Assembly (NCBI GenBank): GCA_963758455.1
Contig: CAVWVK010000007.1
Location: 124,340 to 188,339, forward strand
Origin: an uncultured Pseudomonadota bacterium
Lineage (GTDB): Bacteria > Pseudomonadota > Alphaproteobacteria > Acetobacterales > Acetobacteraceae
Direction: 5' to 3'
DNA: 64,000 nucleotides
The notes under the pieces are model-generated. The model had not been told where the DNA came from and ran no database searches. It worked only from the letters and a program-made list of their open reading frames with translations. Made by a program: the position numbers and the translations under genes. This document shows, in pieces, positions 34,714 through 44,794 of this stretch (its first letter is position 1; every line of letters starts with the position of its first letter).

Positions 34714-35343
34714 ACGAGGACGCGACCTGCCGCGTGCTGGTCGAGCTGGCGGCCAGCCTGTTCGCGCGCGGCTTTTCCGTCGGCAGCGCCGGCAACATCA
34801 GCGTGCGGCTGGACGACGGCTACCTCATCACGCCGACCAATTCCTGCCTCGGCCGGCTCGATCCGGCGCGCATCGCCCGAACTCGATTCCGGCTTCGCGC
34901 ATGTCGGCGGCGACGCCCCGAGCAAGGAGGTGTTCATGCACCGCGCCTTCTACCAGGCGCGTCCCGATGCCGGCGCGGTGGTGCATCTGCACTCGACGAT
35001 GGCGACCGCGATCGCCTGCCTGCCGGAGGTGGACCGCGACAATCCCATCCCACCGTTGACGCCGTATTTCGTGATGCGCGTGGGCAGGCGGATGCCGGTC
35101 GTCGCCTATTATCGTCCCGGCGACGCGGCGATGGAGCCAGCGATCCGCGACGCGGCGCGCGACGCGCGCGCGGTGCTGCTGGCCAACCACGGCCCGGTGG
35201 TCAGCGGCAAGACGCTGACCGACGCGGTTCATGCCGCCGAGGAACTCGAGGAAGCGGCAAAGCTGTTCATGCTGCTGCGCGGCGCGGGGCCGCGACTGCT
35301 CACCGCTGGCCAAGTGGAAGACCTGCTCGGCCATTTCGGCTGA
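34710..35343 (+). pseudogene. otnC: Class II aldolase/adducin family protein (3-oxo-tetronate 4-phosphate decarboxylase-like); one frame break near 34868-34875
   Basis: MNEDATCRVLVELAASLFARGFSVGSAGNISVRLDDGYLITPTNSCLGRLDPARIA, then ELDSGFAHVGGDAPSKEVFMHRAFYQARPDAGAVVHLHSTMATA..LLANHGPVVSGKTL.. in ORF 34930..35343. The ATG overlaps the otnK stop. Confidence 0.75.
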
Positions 35344-35429
35344 ACCGCGCAGAAAATTACGGCAGGCCGGGACGAAAATCCCGGCCTGCCGCAGCGCAAG
35401 CCCAGTCTTATCGCAAGCGTGGCGGGCCG

Positions 35430-36327
35430 CTACTCCTCGTGGTCGGCCGAACCCATCGGCTCGTGATGCTCCGGCGACATGGTCTCCATCGGCGGCATCT
35501 CGACCGCCATCTTCGCCTTGCGCGGCCGGCGCGTGACGACCTTCTTCGGCGTGCTGTCGACCGCCGCCGCCGCCTTGGCCGCGCGCGGCATCCTGGCGGT
35601 CGTGGGCTTGGCGCGCGACGTTTTCATCGCCGCGCGCGCGCCGGCGGTGGCGCCCCGCGTGGTCTTGCGTCCGGCAACCTTCGGCGCCGCGATCGAACCC
35701 CTGCGCGTGCTGGCTGCCGTTTTCGCGGCGGCGGTCCTGCGCGTGCCGGTGGCCTTGGCGGCGGCAGGCTTGCGCGCGCCAAGCTTGCGCCCGGCGACCT
35801 TGCGGACGGCCGTCTTGCGGGTGGCCATCTTGCGCGTGCTCGTCGCCTTGGCGGCGGCGGTCCTGCGCGTGCCGGTCGCCTTGACCGCCGTCTTGCGCAC
35901 GGCCGTCTTGCGCGTGGCCACTTTGCGCGTGGCCACCTTGCGCGCGGGCATCTTGCGCGCGGCCGCCGCGCGCGTCGCACCCTTGCGCGCGGTCGCCGCC
36001 TTGGCGCCGCGACCGGCGGCGGCCCTGCCGCGTGCCGTCGCCGCCGCGGCGCTTGCGGCCGGCCGCCCCGCGCGTCGCCGCCTTGCGCGCTGCGGGCTTC
36101 GCCGCCGCCGCGCGCGCGGTCTTGCGCGCGGGCGCTTTCGCGGCCTTGGCGCCGCGCGTGGCCTTCGCGGCGCCGCGAGTGGCCTTGCCGGCCGCCGCCT
36201 TGGCGGGGCGCCCAGGCTTGCGCGCGGCCGTGCCGCGCGCAGCAGTGCCGCGCGCGCCGCCACGAGTGGGCGTCCGCATGGCCAGAGGTTGTGCGACCGT
36301 ATGGTCGCCGTTTTCGTCCTTGCTCAT
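35430..36327 (-). pseudogene. Histone H1-like / AlgP-like basic repeat protein (Ala-Lys-Arg-Thr rich, acidic C-terminal tail); one frame break near 36000-36060
   Basis: The ATG at 36327 is preceded by AAGGAG. MSKDENGDHTVAQPLAMRTPTRGG..KPGRPAKAAAGKATRGAAKATRGAKAAKAPARK.. continues in ORF 35430..36263 as ..ARKVATRKVATRKTAVRKTAVKATGTRRTAAAKATSTRKMATRKTAVRKVAGRK..EMPPMETMSPEHHEPMGSADHEE. Confidence 0.6.
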
Positions 36328-36852
36328 TCCCGAAGACTCCTTGGGTTGGCCGTCGATGTGTTGGCCGTGGGGGTTTGGTCCTTTGCACGAACGATCGCCC
36401 GGTCGCGCAGTTCCGCGCGGCAGCCGCGCACGCCGCCAGTTTGTCGGACTGGGAGAATGCATCGCGGGTGGCGGCCCGCGCTGCCTTGCATCACTCCTTG
36501 CATCGCCTGATCTCGCGTCATCATCATCAGGTCTTTCTCTCACCCGCGGGCGAGTCTGGCATCGACAGCGACACGCGAATCGGTGCGCTTGCGAGCCTGT
36601 CAACGCTATCTGCTCTCGCGCGTTGCGCTGTCAACAGAAAGCGTCGCTTTTTGTCGTCGCTGTTGCAATTTATCGTATCCGCCGCCGCGCGCGCGACCGG
36701 CTCGCGCAATCGGCGGCGCGCACGGACAACGGATTTGCCGCGATCGTCCGGCGGGGCATCTCGCCGGCGATGTGATGCGCGACCGCTTGATGCCGCCCGG
36801 CCACGGCATCATTAGGAAGGCACCGCGGCCATCCGTCGACAGGATCATTCCC

Positions 36853-37296
36853 GTGCCAGACACCAACACCGCCCGATGGACGCCCACCGTTCGATGGACG
36901 CCGGACCGCGCGGAGCACCCGCCGCCCTGGCCGCTGCCGCCGCTGCTGACCGCGATCCGGCGCGGCGTGCTGTGCCGCTGTCCGGCCTGCGGCCAGTCCA
37001 AGCTGTTTCGCGGCTACCTGCGCGTGGCCGAGATGTGCCCCGACTGCGGCGCGCCGCTGGGCCTCGTCCGCGCCGACGACGCGCCGCCCTACTTCACGAT
37101 GCTGCTCGTCGGGCACTTGGTCGTGCCGTCGATGCTGGTGCTGGAACGGACCTGCGCGCCGCCGCTCTGGGTGCATTTCATCATCTGGCTTCCGCTGGCC
37201 GCCGCGCTTACGCTGCTGCTGCTGCGCCCGGTCAAGGGCGGCACGGTGGGACTGATGCTCAAGCTCGGACTGCTGAAATCCGACGATGAAGCCTGA
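36853..37296 (+). CDS. DUF983 domain-containing membrane protein
   Basis: Contains ..GVLCRCPACGQSKLFRGYLRVAEMCPDCGAPLGLVRADDAPPYFTMLLVGHLVVP... The start is uncertain: candidates are the GTG at 36853 and ATGs at 36775 or 36790 in ORF 36583..37296. Confidence 0.7.
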   Translation: MPDTNTARWTPTVRWTPDRAEHPPPWPLPPLLTAIRRGVLCRCPACGQSKLFRGYLRVAEMCPDCGAPLGLVRADDAPPYFTMLLVGHLVVPSMLVLERTCAPPLWVHFIIWLPLAAALTLLLLRPVKGGTVGLMLKLGLLKSDDEA

Positions 37297-37798
37297 GACG
37301 GCAACCGACGCGCCGGCCGGCGGACGGCTGCTGAACGTCAGCCTGGATCATGCCGGCATCGTGCCGCTGTCGCCGATGCAGGAAGCCGAGCGCGCGCGGG
37401 CGGTGGCCGACCTGCAAGCCGAAGGCCGCTTTGCCCCGACACTGCGCGGCGTGTCCGCCGACGGCGCGGGCGGCTTCACGCTGGCGCTGTCGATCGCGCA
37501 GGGCCGGCTGCTGTTCGACGTGCGCCGCCCGGACGGCACGGCGCTGGTGGTTCATGCCCTGGCGCTGGGTCCGTTCCGACGGCTGGTGCGCGACTACCAG
37601 ATGCTCGTCGCCAGTCACGAGGCGGCGATGGACGAGGGCCGCGACGCGCGCCTGCAAGCCATCGACATGGGCCGCCGCGGCCTGCACGACGAGGGCGCGC
37701 GGCTGGTCGCGGCGCGGCTCGCGGGAAAGATCGCCATCGACTTCGCCACGGCGCGTCGCCTATTCACCCTCATCTGCGTGCTTCATCAACGCGACTGA
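37286..37798 (+). CDS. UPF0262 family protein
   Basis: Contains ..[66 protein letters not shown].. Confidence 0.75.
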   Translation: MKPETATDAPAGGRLLNVSLDHAGIVPLSPMQEAERARAVADLQAEGRFAPTLRGVSADGAGGFTLALSIAQGRLLFDVRRPDGTALVVHALALGPFRRLVRDYQMLVASHEAAMDEGRDARLQAIDMGRRGLHDEGARLVAARLAGKIAIDFATARRLFTLICVLHQRD

Positions 37799-37812
37799 AG
37801 GACTTCGGGGCC

Positions 37813-38907
<1,095 letters not shown>

Positions 38908-38912
38908 ACACG

Positions 38913-39848
38913 ATGCGCAACACGGCCATCGCCCTGACGGGCGTGCTGCTGCTTGCCGCCTGCGCCACGAAGCGGCCGCCGACGGTGGCCGGCGTGAGCG
39001 GCCCCTCCGGCGTCATTCGCGCCACCCCGAACGTGCCGGACTTCGCCAGCAAGCCGTACGAGCCGTTCTCGCGTGAGGCCGCCATCGCGATCGCCATGCG
39101 CGAATGGCGGGTGTTCGGCCAGCCGGTCGACGACGACCCGCCCGGCACCCGCCCGCCGCCGCTGCCCGATCAGAAACCCGAACGCTACGAGGGGCTGTGG
39201 CAGCGTGTCGGCGAATACTGGTACGAGGGCCAGAGCCTGTCGTCGCCGGAAGTCTCGTGGACCGGCAAGCACGACGCCTGGGGTGTCGAGTTCCCGGCCA
39301 GCGACGACGGCGACTACGCCTGGTCGGCGGCGTTCATCAGCTACGTCATGCGCATCGCCGGCGCGGTCGGCGGCTTCCCCTACTCGCCGTCGCATCACAC
39401 CTATATCGACGCGGCCTGGCAGATGTCGCACGGCCAGGCGACCGGCTGGGACGTGAGCGCGTACCCGATCGACCAGTACGCGCCGGTGCCGGGCGACCTG
39501 ATCTGCACCTCGCGCACGCCGCGCCCGGTTCGCTACGCCGACCTGCCGGCCGGCGACTTTCCGGCGCATTGCGACATCGTGGTGGCGCAGGCGCCGGGGC
39601 TGCTCAGCGTGCTCGGCGGCAATGTCGACGACGCGGTGACGATGAAGCATGTGCCGGTCACGCCGGACGGCCGGCTGGGCATGGTGGCGGACCAGCCACT
39701 CGACAGCCGCTATCCGTGGTTCGTGGTGCTGCGGGTGGCGTATGTGCCGCCAGCCGCCGCGCCGATCGCCGCGCCAGTGGCCGCGCCAGTCGCCACGACG
39801 CTCACACCGCCGGGGACGGCACTCGCGTCAGGCGCGAATCCACCCTGA
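38913..39848 (+). CDS. DUF2272-like lipoprotein
   Basis: ATG at 38913 with lipobox LLLAAC. Contains ..YAWSAAFISYVMRIAG..SPSHHTYI..GDLICTSR..HCDIVV... The Pro/Ala-rich tail overlaps the convergent RES gene by 47 nt. Confidence 0.6.
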   Translation: MRNTAIALTGVLLLAACATKRPPTVAGVSGPSGVIRATPNVPDFASKPYEPFSREAAIAIAMREWRVFGQPVDDDPPGTRPPPLPDQKPERYEGLWQRVGEYWYEGQSLSSPEVSWTGKHDAWGVEFPASDDGDYAWSAAFISYVMRIAGAVGGFPYSPSHHTYIDAAWQMSHGQATGWDVSAYPIDQYAPVPGDLICTSRTPRPVRYADLPAGDFPAHCDIVVAQAPGLLSVLGGNVDDAVTMKHVPVTPDGRLGMVADQPLDSRYPWFVVLRVAYVPPAAAPIAAPVAAPVATTLTPPGTALASGANPP

Positions 39849-40284
39849 GCGACGTCTCCACCACCCTCCACGCCGCGACGGAGTGGTGGCGCGGATTGAG
39901 GATGACGTTGCACTCCCCGGTGGCGATGTCGCCAGGCGCCAGGGTCGCCGGCACGACGATGGACGGCACGATCAGCGCCGCCGAGCGCAGCGACGCGGCC
40001 CAGGCGTCACCGTGGCTGCGCGTGGCGGCCACGTCCTGCAAGGCGAGCGACGGCTCGACCATCTCGGCCGGCGCGTCGTCCGGCAGCTCGATCGCGAAGG
40101 CGCGAAAGCTTGGCGGCAGGCGCGTGAGGCTGACATGCACGAGCTGCTCCAGCAACGCCAGGCTCAGATGGCTTGCCGCGTACACCACGGGCACGCCCGG
40201 ACTGTTCCACCGTCCCCCGAACAGCCGCGCTCCCTCGCCGTCGATTTCGCTGTGCCGGCCCTTCGCCAGCCGCCACACGCGCAT
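39802..40284 (-). CDS. RES-domain toxin (RES family NAD+ phosphorylase-type)
   Basis: MRVWRLAKGRHSEIDGEGARLFGGRWNSPGVPVVYAASHLSLALLEQLVH..ALIVPSIVVP..NVILNPRH.. carries the R-E-S signature spacing. It lies directly downstream of an Xre/DUF2384-type antitoxin. Confidence 0.85.
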   Translation of the reverse strand: MRVWRLAKGRHSEIDGEGARLFGGRWNSPGVPVVYAASHLSLALLEQLVHVSLTRLPPSFRAFAIELPDDAPAEMVEPSLALQDVAATRSHGDAWAASLRSAALIVPSIVVPATLAPGDIATGECNVILNPRHHSVAAWRVVETSLRVDSRLTRVPSPAV

Positions 40285-40287
40285 TCC

Positions 40288-40749
40288 CTATTCGACGATC
40301 CCGTAGGCGATCCGCCCCAGCACGGTCTCCACCAGGCGGCCGCCCTCATCGGTGTCGAGCAAGGTCAGCGGCACCTGCCCGTCCATCGCGCCGTTCGGAT
40401 CGCGCAGCCAGCCCTTCGCGTTGGCCCGGCTATCGAACACGTCGTCGGCGATCGCCTGGATGCGCGCCAGCCGCACCACCAGGTCGCTCTGCTCGCGCGA
40501 CAGCGTGCCCTTCTGCCGGCGCGCGTAGAAGGTGCGGCGGGGGATGAAATACGTCTCCACCTCGCGCTCGTCGACGACGCCATCGGCGATCAGCCGCTCC
40601 AGTGCGGCGAACGGCAGCCCGTCGCGCACCGCGCGGGCCAAAGCGAGGTCGGTCACGACCCCGGGCTTGCGGGCGCGGCCGACCCCGCCCAGAACCTCGG
40701 CCACCGACGCGGCACTCACCATGTCCCGCTCCATGCAATGCTGCACCAT
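40288..40749 (-). CDS. Xre-like antitoxin with DUF2384 domain (ParS/MbcA type)
   Basis: Contains ..TLSREQSDLVVRLARIQAIADDVFDSRANAKGWLRDPNGAMDGQVPLTLLDTDEGGRLVETVLGRIAYG... The stop is 3 nt from the toxin ATG. Alternative ATG starts exist at 40734 and 40722. Confidence 0.8.
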   Translation of the reverse strand: MVQHCMERDMVSAASVAEVLGGVGRARKPGVVTDLALARAVRDGLPFAALERLIADGVVDEREVETYFIPRRTFYARRQKGTLSREQSDLVVRLARIQAIADDVFDSRANAKGWLRDPNGAMDGQVPLTLLDTDEGGRLVETVLGRIAYGIVE

Positions 40750-40806
40750 ATCTTGTGCATCATGGCCCCGGTGTCAAGAATCGGCTGCGTCAAGGAGTGC
40801 CCCGGC

Positions 40807-41217
40807 CTACCGCTGCTGCCAGGGCAGCCCATCCGCCTTCCAGCCGGCGACCTTCCCGCGGTGCCCCTCGCCGTCGGGCGGTCCCTCGAAGCCGCCGGCC
40901 ACGTTGAACACGCGCGCGAACCCGGCCGCCGCCATCGCCTCGGCCGCCGCGGCGCTGCGCTGGCCGCTACGGCACATGAAGTACAGCGGCTGCTCCGGCG
41001 TGGCGCCCGCGTGCCGCATGGCGCCGACGAAGCCGGTGTTGAGCTGCATCGCCGGAAACATCTGCCACGGCACCAGCAGCGGCTGCTTGCCGGCCTGGGA
41101 CAGGTCGGCCACGCCCACGAACACCCATTCGGCATCGCAGCGCACGTCGACCAACTGCGCTTGCGGATCGGACAGCAGGACATCCCACGCCTCGCGCGGG
41201 CTGACGTTCTCGACCAT
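40807..41217 (-). CDS. Rhodanese-like domain protein
   Basis: ATG at 41217 with a GGAG ribosome-binding site. Contains ..QLVDVRCDAEWVFVG..LYFMCRSGQRSAAAAEAMAAAGF..NVAGGFEG.. Confidence 0.8.
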   Translation of the reverse strand: MVENVSPREAWDVLLSDPQAQLVDVRCDAEWVFVGVADLSQAGKQPLLVPWQMFPAMQLNTGFVGAMRHAGATPEQPLYFMCRSGQRSAAAAEAMAAAGFARVFNVAGGFEGPPDGEGHRGKVAGWKADGLPWQQR

Positions 41218-41292
41218 GTGCGTCTCCAGTGCTTGACTGCGCCTCGCCGGCCATCGCACGCCGGGCCGAGGCATTCAACCGCAGGATTCCAC

Positions 41293-42321
41293 ATGGCGCA
41301 TTCGCCCGCATCCCCCGTGGCACACGCGACCGTCGCCCCGCCGGTGGCCGAGGATCTGGCCGCCGGCATCGGCAACACGCCGCTGATCCGCCTGCGCCGC
41401 GCCTCGGAGGCGACCGGCTGCACCATTCTCGGCAAGGCCGAGTTCATGAACCCCGGCGGCTCGGTCAAGGACCGCGCGGCGCTGGCCATCATCCAGGACG
41501 CCGAGGCCCGCGGCGCGCTGAAGCCCGGCGGCACCATCGTCGAGGGCACCGCCGGCAACACCGGCATCGGCCTGACGCTGGTTGGCAACGCGCGCGGCTA
41601 TCGCTGCGTGATCGTCATGCCGGAGACGCAGAGCGCCGAGAAGATCGACTTCCTGCGCATGATCGGCGCGGATCTGCGCCTGGTGCCGGCGAAGCCGTAT
41701 CGCGATCCCGGCAACTACGTCCACGTCTCGCAGCGCCTGGCGGAGGAGACCGGCGCGCTGTGGGCCAACCAGTTCGACAACCTCGCCAATCGCGAGGGCC
41801 ATCGCGCCACCACCGGCCCGGAGCTGTGGCATCAGACGCACGGCCGCATCGACGCCTTCACGTGTTCGTGCGGCACCGGCGGCACCCTGGCCGGCGTCAG
41901 CCTCGCCCTGAAGCAGCGCAATCCGGCGGTGCGCATCGTGCTGGCCGACCCCGAGGGCAGCGCGCTGTACGGCTGGGTCAAGTCGGGCGACCTCACCGTG
42001 CAGGGCAGCTCGATCACCGAGGGCATCGGCCAATCGCGCGTGCCGGGAAACCTCGAAGGCGCGGTGATCGACGACGCGCTGCGCATCCCGGACGCCGAGG
42101 CACTGGCGCAAGTCTACGACCTGCTGATCCATGAGGGGCTGTCGGTCGGCGGCTCGGCCGGCATCAACGTCGCCGCGGCGATCCGCGTCGCGCGCGACCT
42201 GGGGCCGGGGCACACCGTCGCCACCATCCTGTGCGACGGCGGCGCGCGCTACCAAAGCAAGCTGTTCAACCCCGCGTTCTTGCGCGAGAAGGCCCTCCCG
42301 GTCCCGCCCTGGATGGCGTGA
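41293..42321 (+). CDS. PLP-dependent cysteine synthase family protein
   Basis: Contains ..IGNTPLIRL..KAEFMNPGGSVKDRAALAII..IVEGTAGNTGIGLTLVG..CSCGTGGTLAGV..ITEGIGQSRVP..SVGGSAGINVAAA.. Confidence 0.88.
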   Translation: MAHSPASPVAHATVAPPVAEDLAAGIGNTPLIRLRRASEATGCTILGKAEFMNPGGSVKDRAALAIIQDAEARGALKPGGTIVEGTAGNTGIGLTLVGNARGYRCVIVMPETQSAEKIDFLRMIGADLRLVPAKPYRDPGNYVHVSQRLAEETGALWANQFDNLANREGHRATTGPELWHQTHGRIDAFTCSCGTGGTLAGVSLALKQRNPAVRIVLADPEGSALYGWVKSGDLTVQGSSITEGIGQSRVPGNLEGAVIDDALRIPDAEALAQVYDLLIHEGLSVGGSAGINVAAAIRVARDLGPGHTVATILCDGGARYQSKLFNPAFLREKALPVPPWMA

Positions 42322-42377
42322 TGCGCGACACGACCGCGATGGCCGTTGGTGGCCGCACGCGGCGACCAGGATCCGCG

Positions 42378-43127
42378 ATGACGCAAAACATCTATGACGA
42401 CGCAACGTTCTTCGCGGGCTACAGCCAGCTTCCGCGCTCGGTGGCAGGCCTCGAGGGCGCGCCGGAGTGGCCGGCGCTGCGTGCCCTGCTGCCGCCGCTC
42501 GACGGCCGGCGGGTGCTGGACCTTGGTTGCGGCTTCGGATGGTTCTGCCGATGGGCGCGCCAGCACGGCGCGGCCAGCGTTCTCGGGATCGACGTGTCCG
42601 AGCGGATGCTGGCGCGCGCGCGGGCGGACAGCGACGACCCGGCGATCGCCTACGCCCGGGCCGACCTGGAGCATGTGGCCGACCTGGAGCATGTGAACGT
42701 CGCCCGCGCGGCGTTCGACCTCGCGTACAGCTCGCTGGCGTTCCATTACGTCGAGAACCTGCGGGAGCTTTTCGCGGACGTCCACGCGGCGCTGCTCCCC
42801 GGCGGCGCGCTGGTCTTCTCCGTCGAGCACCCGATCTTCACCGCGCCCACGCATCCGGATTGGTCGGTCGATGCCGCCGGGCGGGTCACATGGCCCGTCG
42901 ACGGCTATCTCAATGAGGGGCCGCCGTCCACGAACTGGCTGGCGAACGGCGTCATCAAGCAGCACCGCAGCATCGGAACCTACGTCGATCTGCTGCTCCG
43001 CGCGGGCTTTGCCATATCGCACATCGAGGAGTGGGCGCCGAGCCGGGAGCAGGTCGCCGCTCATCCCGAATGGGCCCGCGAGCGCGAGCGGCCGCCCTTT
43101 CTCATCGTGGGGTGCAGCCGGGCATGA
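42378..43127 (+). CDS. Class I SAM-dependent methyltransferase
   Basis: Contains ..RVLDLGCGFGWFCRWARQHGAASVLGIDVSERML..LAFHYVENL..GGALVFSVEHP... It carries an in-frame 18-nt tandem duplication (ADLEHVADLEHV). Confidence 0.85.
   Translation: MTQNIYDDATFFAGYSQLPRSVAGLEGAPEWPALRALLPPLDGRRVLDLGCGFGWFCRWARQHGAASVLGIDVSERMLARARADSDDPAIAYARADLEHVADLEHVNVARAAFDLAYSSLAFHYVENLRELFADVHAALLPGGALVFSVEHPIFTAPTHPDWSVDAAGRVTWPVDGYLNEGPPSTNWLANGVIKQHRSIGTYVDLLLRAGFAISHIEEWAPSREQVAAHPEWARERERPPFLIVGCSRA
42661..42696 (+). repeat. Perfect 18-nt tandem duplication inside the methyltransferase CDS
   Basis: GCCGACCTGGAGCATGTG occurs twice in direct succession (42661-42678 and 42679-42696). Confidence 0.95.
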
Positions 43128-43243
43128 AACGACACGGATCGTCCAGGGGATCGGCCCGGACGAGAGTGATGCCAGCGGCCGAGTTGGCTGACCGTTGCGT
43201 CCCCAATCCGTCATAGCCGGCCCCCGGATCAAGTCCGTCCGGC

Positions 43244-44029
43244 TTGTTGCTCACGGGCGCGTGTGGCAGCGTTCGCGCGGGCGCCGTGCCCGGGAGCGCG
43301 CATCTGCAACCCACGCACCTGACCTACCTGCAACTGATCGGCTTCGGCGACAACGGCTGGGGGCCGCGCTTCGTCGCCGGCATGATCCTGACCGTCGAGA
43401 TTTCGCTGGCCGGCTACGCGGTCGGCATCGTGCTCGGCCTGCTCGGGGTCTGGGCCAAGCTGTCGCGCAGCGCGGTCGCGCGCGGCGCCGGGCTGTTCTA
43501 CACCACCTTCGTCCGCGCGGTGCCGGAGCTGCTGCTGATTATCCTGCTGTACTACACCGGCACGCAGGCGATGGAGAACCTGCTGGCGCAGGTCGGCCTC
43601 GCGGAATCGATCTCGGTCAACCCGTTCATCGCCGCCGTCGTCACCCTGGGCTTCGTGCAGGGCGCCTATCTGACCGAAGTGTTCCGCGGCGCGATCCTCG
43701 CCGTGCCGCGCGGCGTGTCCGAGGCTGGGCGCGCGCTGGCGCTGCGGCCGGTGCTGCGGTTCCGGCTGCTGATCCTGCCGCTCGCATTGCGCCACGCGCT
43801 GCCGGGGATGAGCAACCTGTGGCTGGCCATCCTGAAGGACAGTTCGCTCATCAGCGTGGTCGGCTTCTCGGAATTGCTGTTCACCGGAAAGACCGCGGCG
43901 GGGGCGACCAAGGACTATTTCTTCTTCTTCCTGTTCACGGCGGTGCTGTTCCTGCTGCTGACCGCCGTCTCGAACGTCGTGCTGGGCGCCATCTCGCGCT
44001 CGGTCGGGCGTGGGCACGCCCGGGCATGA
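43244..44029 (+). CDS. ABC transporter permease (His/Arg/opine, OccQ/NocQ-like)
   Basis: Contains ..LQLIGFGDNGWGPRFVAGMILTVEISLAGY.. and ..YLTEVFRGAILAVPRGVSEAGRALAL... The start is uncertain (TTG at 43244 or GTG at 43286). Confidence 0.8.
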   Translation: MLLTGACGSVRAGAVPGSAHLQPTHLTYLQLIGFGDNGWGPRFVAGMILTVEISLAGYAVGIVLGLLGVWAKLSRSAVARGAGLFYTTFVRAVPELLLIILLYYTGTQAMENLLAQVGLAESISVNPFIAAVVTLGFVQGAYLTEVFRGAILAVPRGVSEAGRALALRPVLRFRLLILPLALRHALPGMSNLWLAILKDSSLISVVGFSELLFTGKTAAGATKDYFFFFLFTAVLFLLLTAVSNVVLGAISRSVGRGHARA

Positions 44030-44075
44030 AACAAGCGGGCGTGAAGCGGGCGGGCATGGCAGTAGAGGAAGGCTG

Positions 44076-44792
44076 ATGTCGCTCGACTACACCATCAGCC
44101 TGCTGCCGCGGATGCTGGCGGGCATGTGGACCACCATCCTGCTGCTGGTGCTGTCCTGGGTGCTGGGCAACGCGCTGGCGGTCGGCACCGCGCTGGCCCG
44201 GGTCGCGCGTTCGCGGCTGCTGCGCGCGCCGAGCTGGGTCTATATCCAGGTGATCCGCGGCACGCCGCTGCTGGTGCAGATCTACCTGCTGTACTACGGC
44301 CTGGGCAGCGTGTTCGCCCACATGCCGGCGCTGCGCGAGAGCTTCCTGTGGGTCTATCTGCGCGACGGGTTCTGGTACGCGGTGGTGGCGCTCGGCCTCA
44401 GCACCGGCGCCTATTCCGGCGAAATCATCCGCGGCGCCATCGCCGCCGTGCCGCTGGGCGAAATCGAGGCGGCGCGCTCGCTCGGCCTGCGGCCGCGTCA
44501 CGTCACCTGGCTGATCGTGCTGCCGCGCGCCATCCAGGCCTGCCTGCCGACGCTCGGCGGCGAGACCATCCTGCTGCTGAAGGCCACCTCGCTGGCATCG
44601 ACCATCACCGTGCTCGACATCATGGGCCAGGCGGGCGTCGCCCGCGCGGAAAGCCTGCGCACCTACGAGCCGCTGCTGACCGCGGCCCTGGTCTACATCC
44701 TGCTGACCCTGGTCATCACGCGGCTGTTCGCGCTGGCCGAGCGCCGGCTCAACCGCGACCGCCGGCTCATTATCATCCCGGCCGGCCACTGA
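44076..44792 (+). CDS. ABC transporter permease (His/Arg/opine, OccM/NocM-like)
   Basis: MSLDYTISLLPRMLAGMWTTILLL.., ..YSGEIIRGAIAAVPLGEIEAARSLGL.. Confidence 0.85.
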   Translation: MSLDYTISLLPRMLAGMWTTILLLVLSWVLGNALAVGTALARVARSRLLRAPSWVYIQVIRGTPLLVQIYLLYYGLGSVFAHMPALRESFLWVYLRDGFWYAVVALGLSTGAYSGEIIRGAIAAVPLGEIEAARSLGLRPRHVTWLIVLPRAIQACLPTLGGETILLLKATSLASTITVLDIMGQAGVARAESLRTYEPLLTAALVYILLTLVITRLFALAERRLNRDRRLIIIPAGH

Positions 44793-44794
44793 CG

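Noticed and set aside
35479-36510. 343-aa plus-strand ORF with AVLRV/ALAAA repeats
   Set aside because: It is the mirror of the Lys/Arg/Ala repeat gene on the minus strand. The minus-strand reading has a strong AAGGAG ribosome-binding site, a non-repeat N-terminus and a defined acidic tail, so I prefer it.
36597-36635. Direct repeat CTGTCAAC twice, 31 nt apart, in the long spacer upstream of the histone-like gene
   Set aside because: An 8-mer repeated once is too little to infer a binding site, and I recognise no matching regulator motif.
34710-36815. 701-aa plus-strand ORF
   Set aside because: Only the first ~55 codons belong to the aldolase-like gene. After the frame break the ORF reads through out of frame and then antisense to the histone-like gene.
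43128-43243. Possible tRNA or small RNA in intergenic gaps (also 24636-24792 and 47398-47462)
   Set aside because: I could not fold a cloverleaf or find conserved T-loop/D-loop motifs by eye. No RNA gene is supported.
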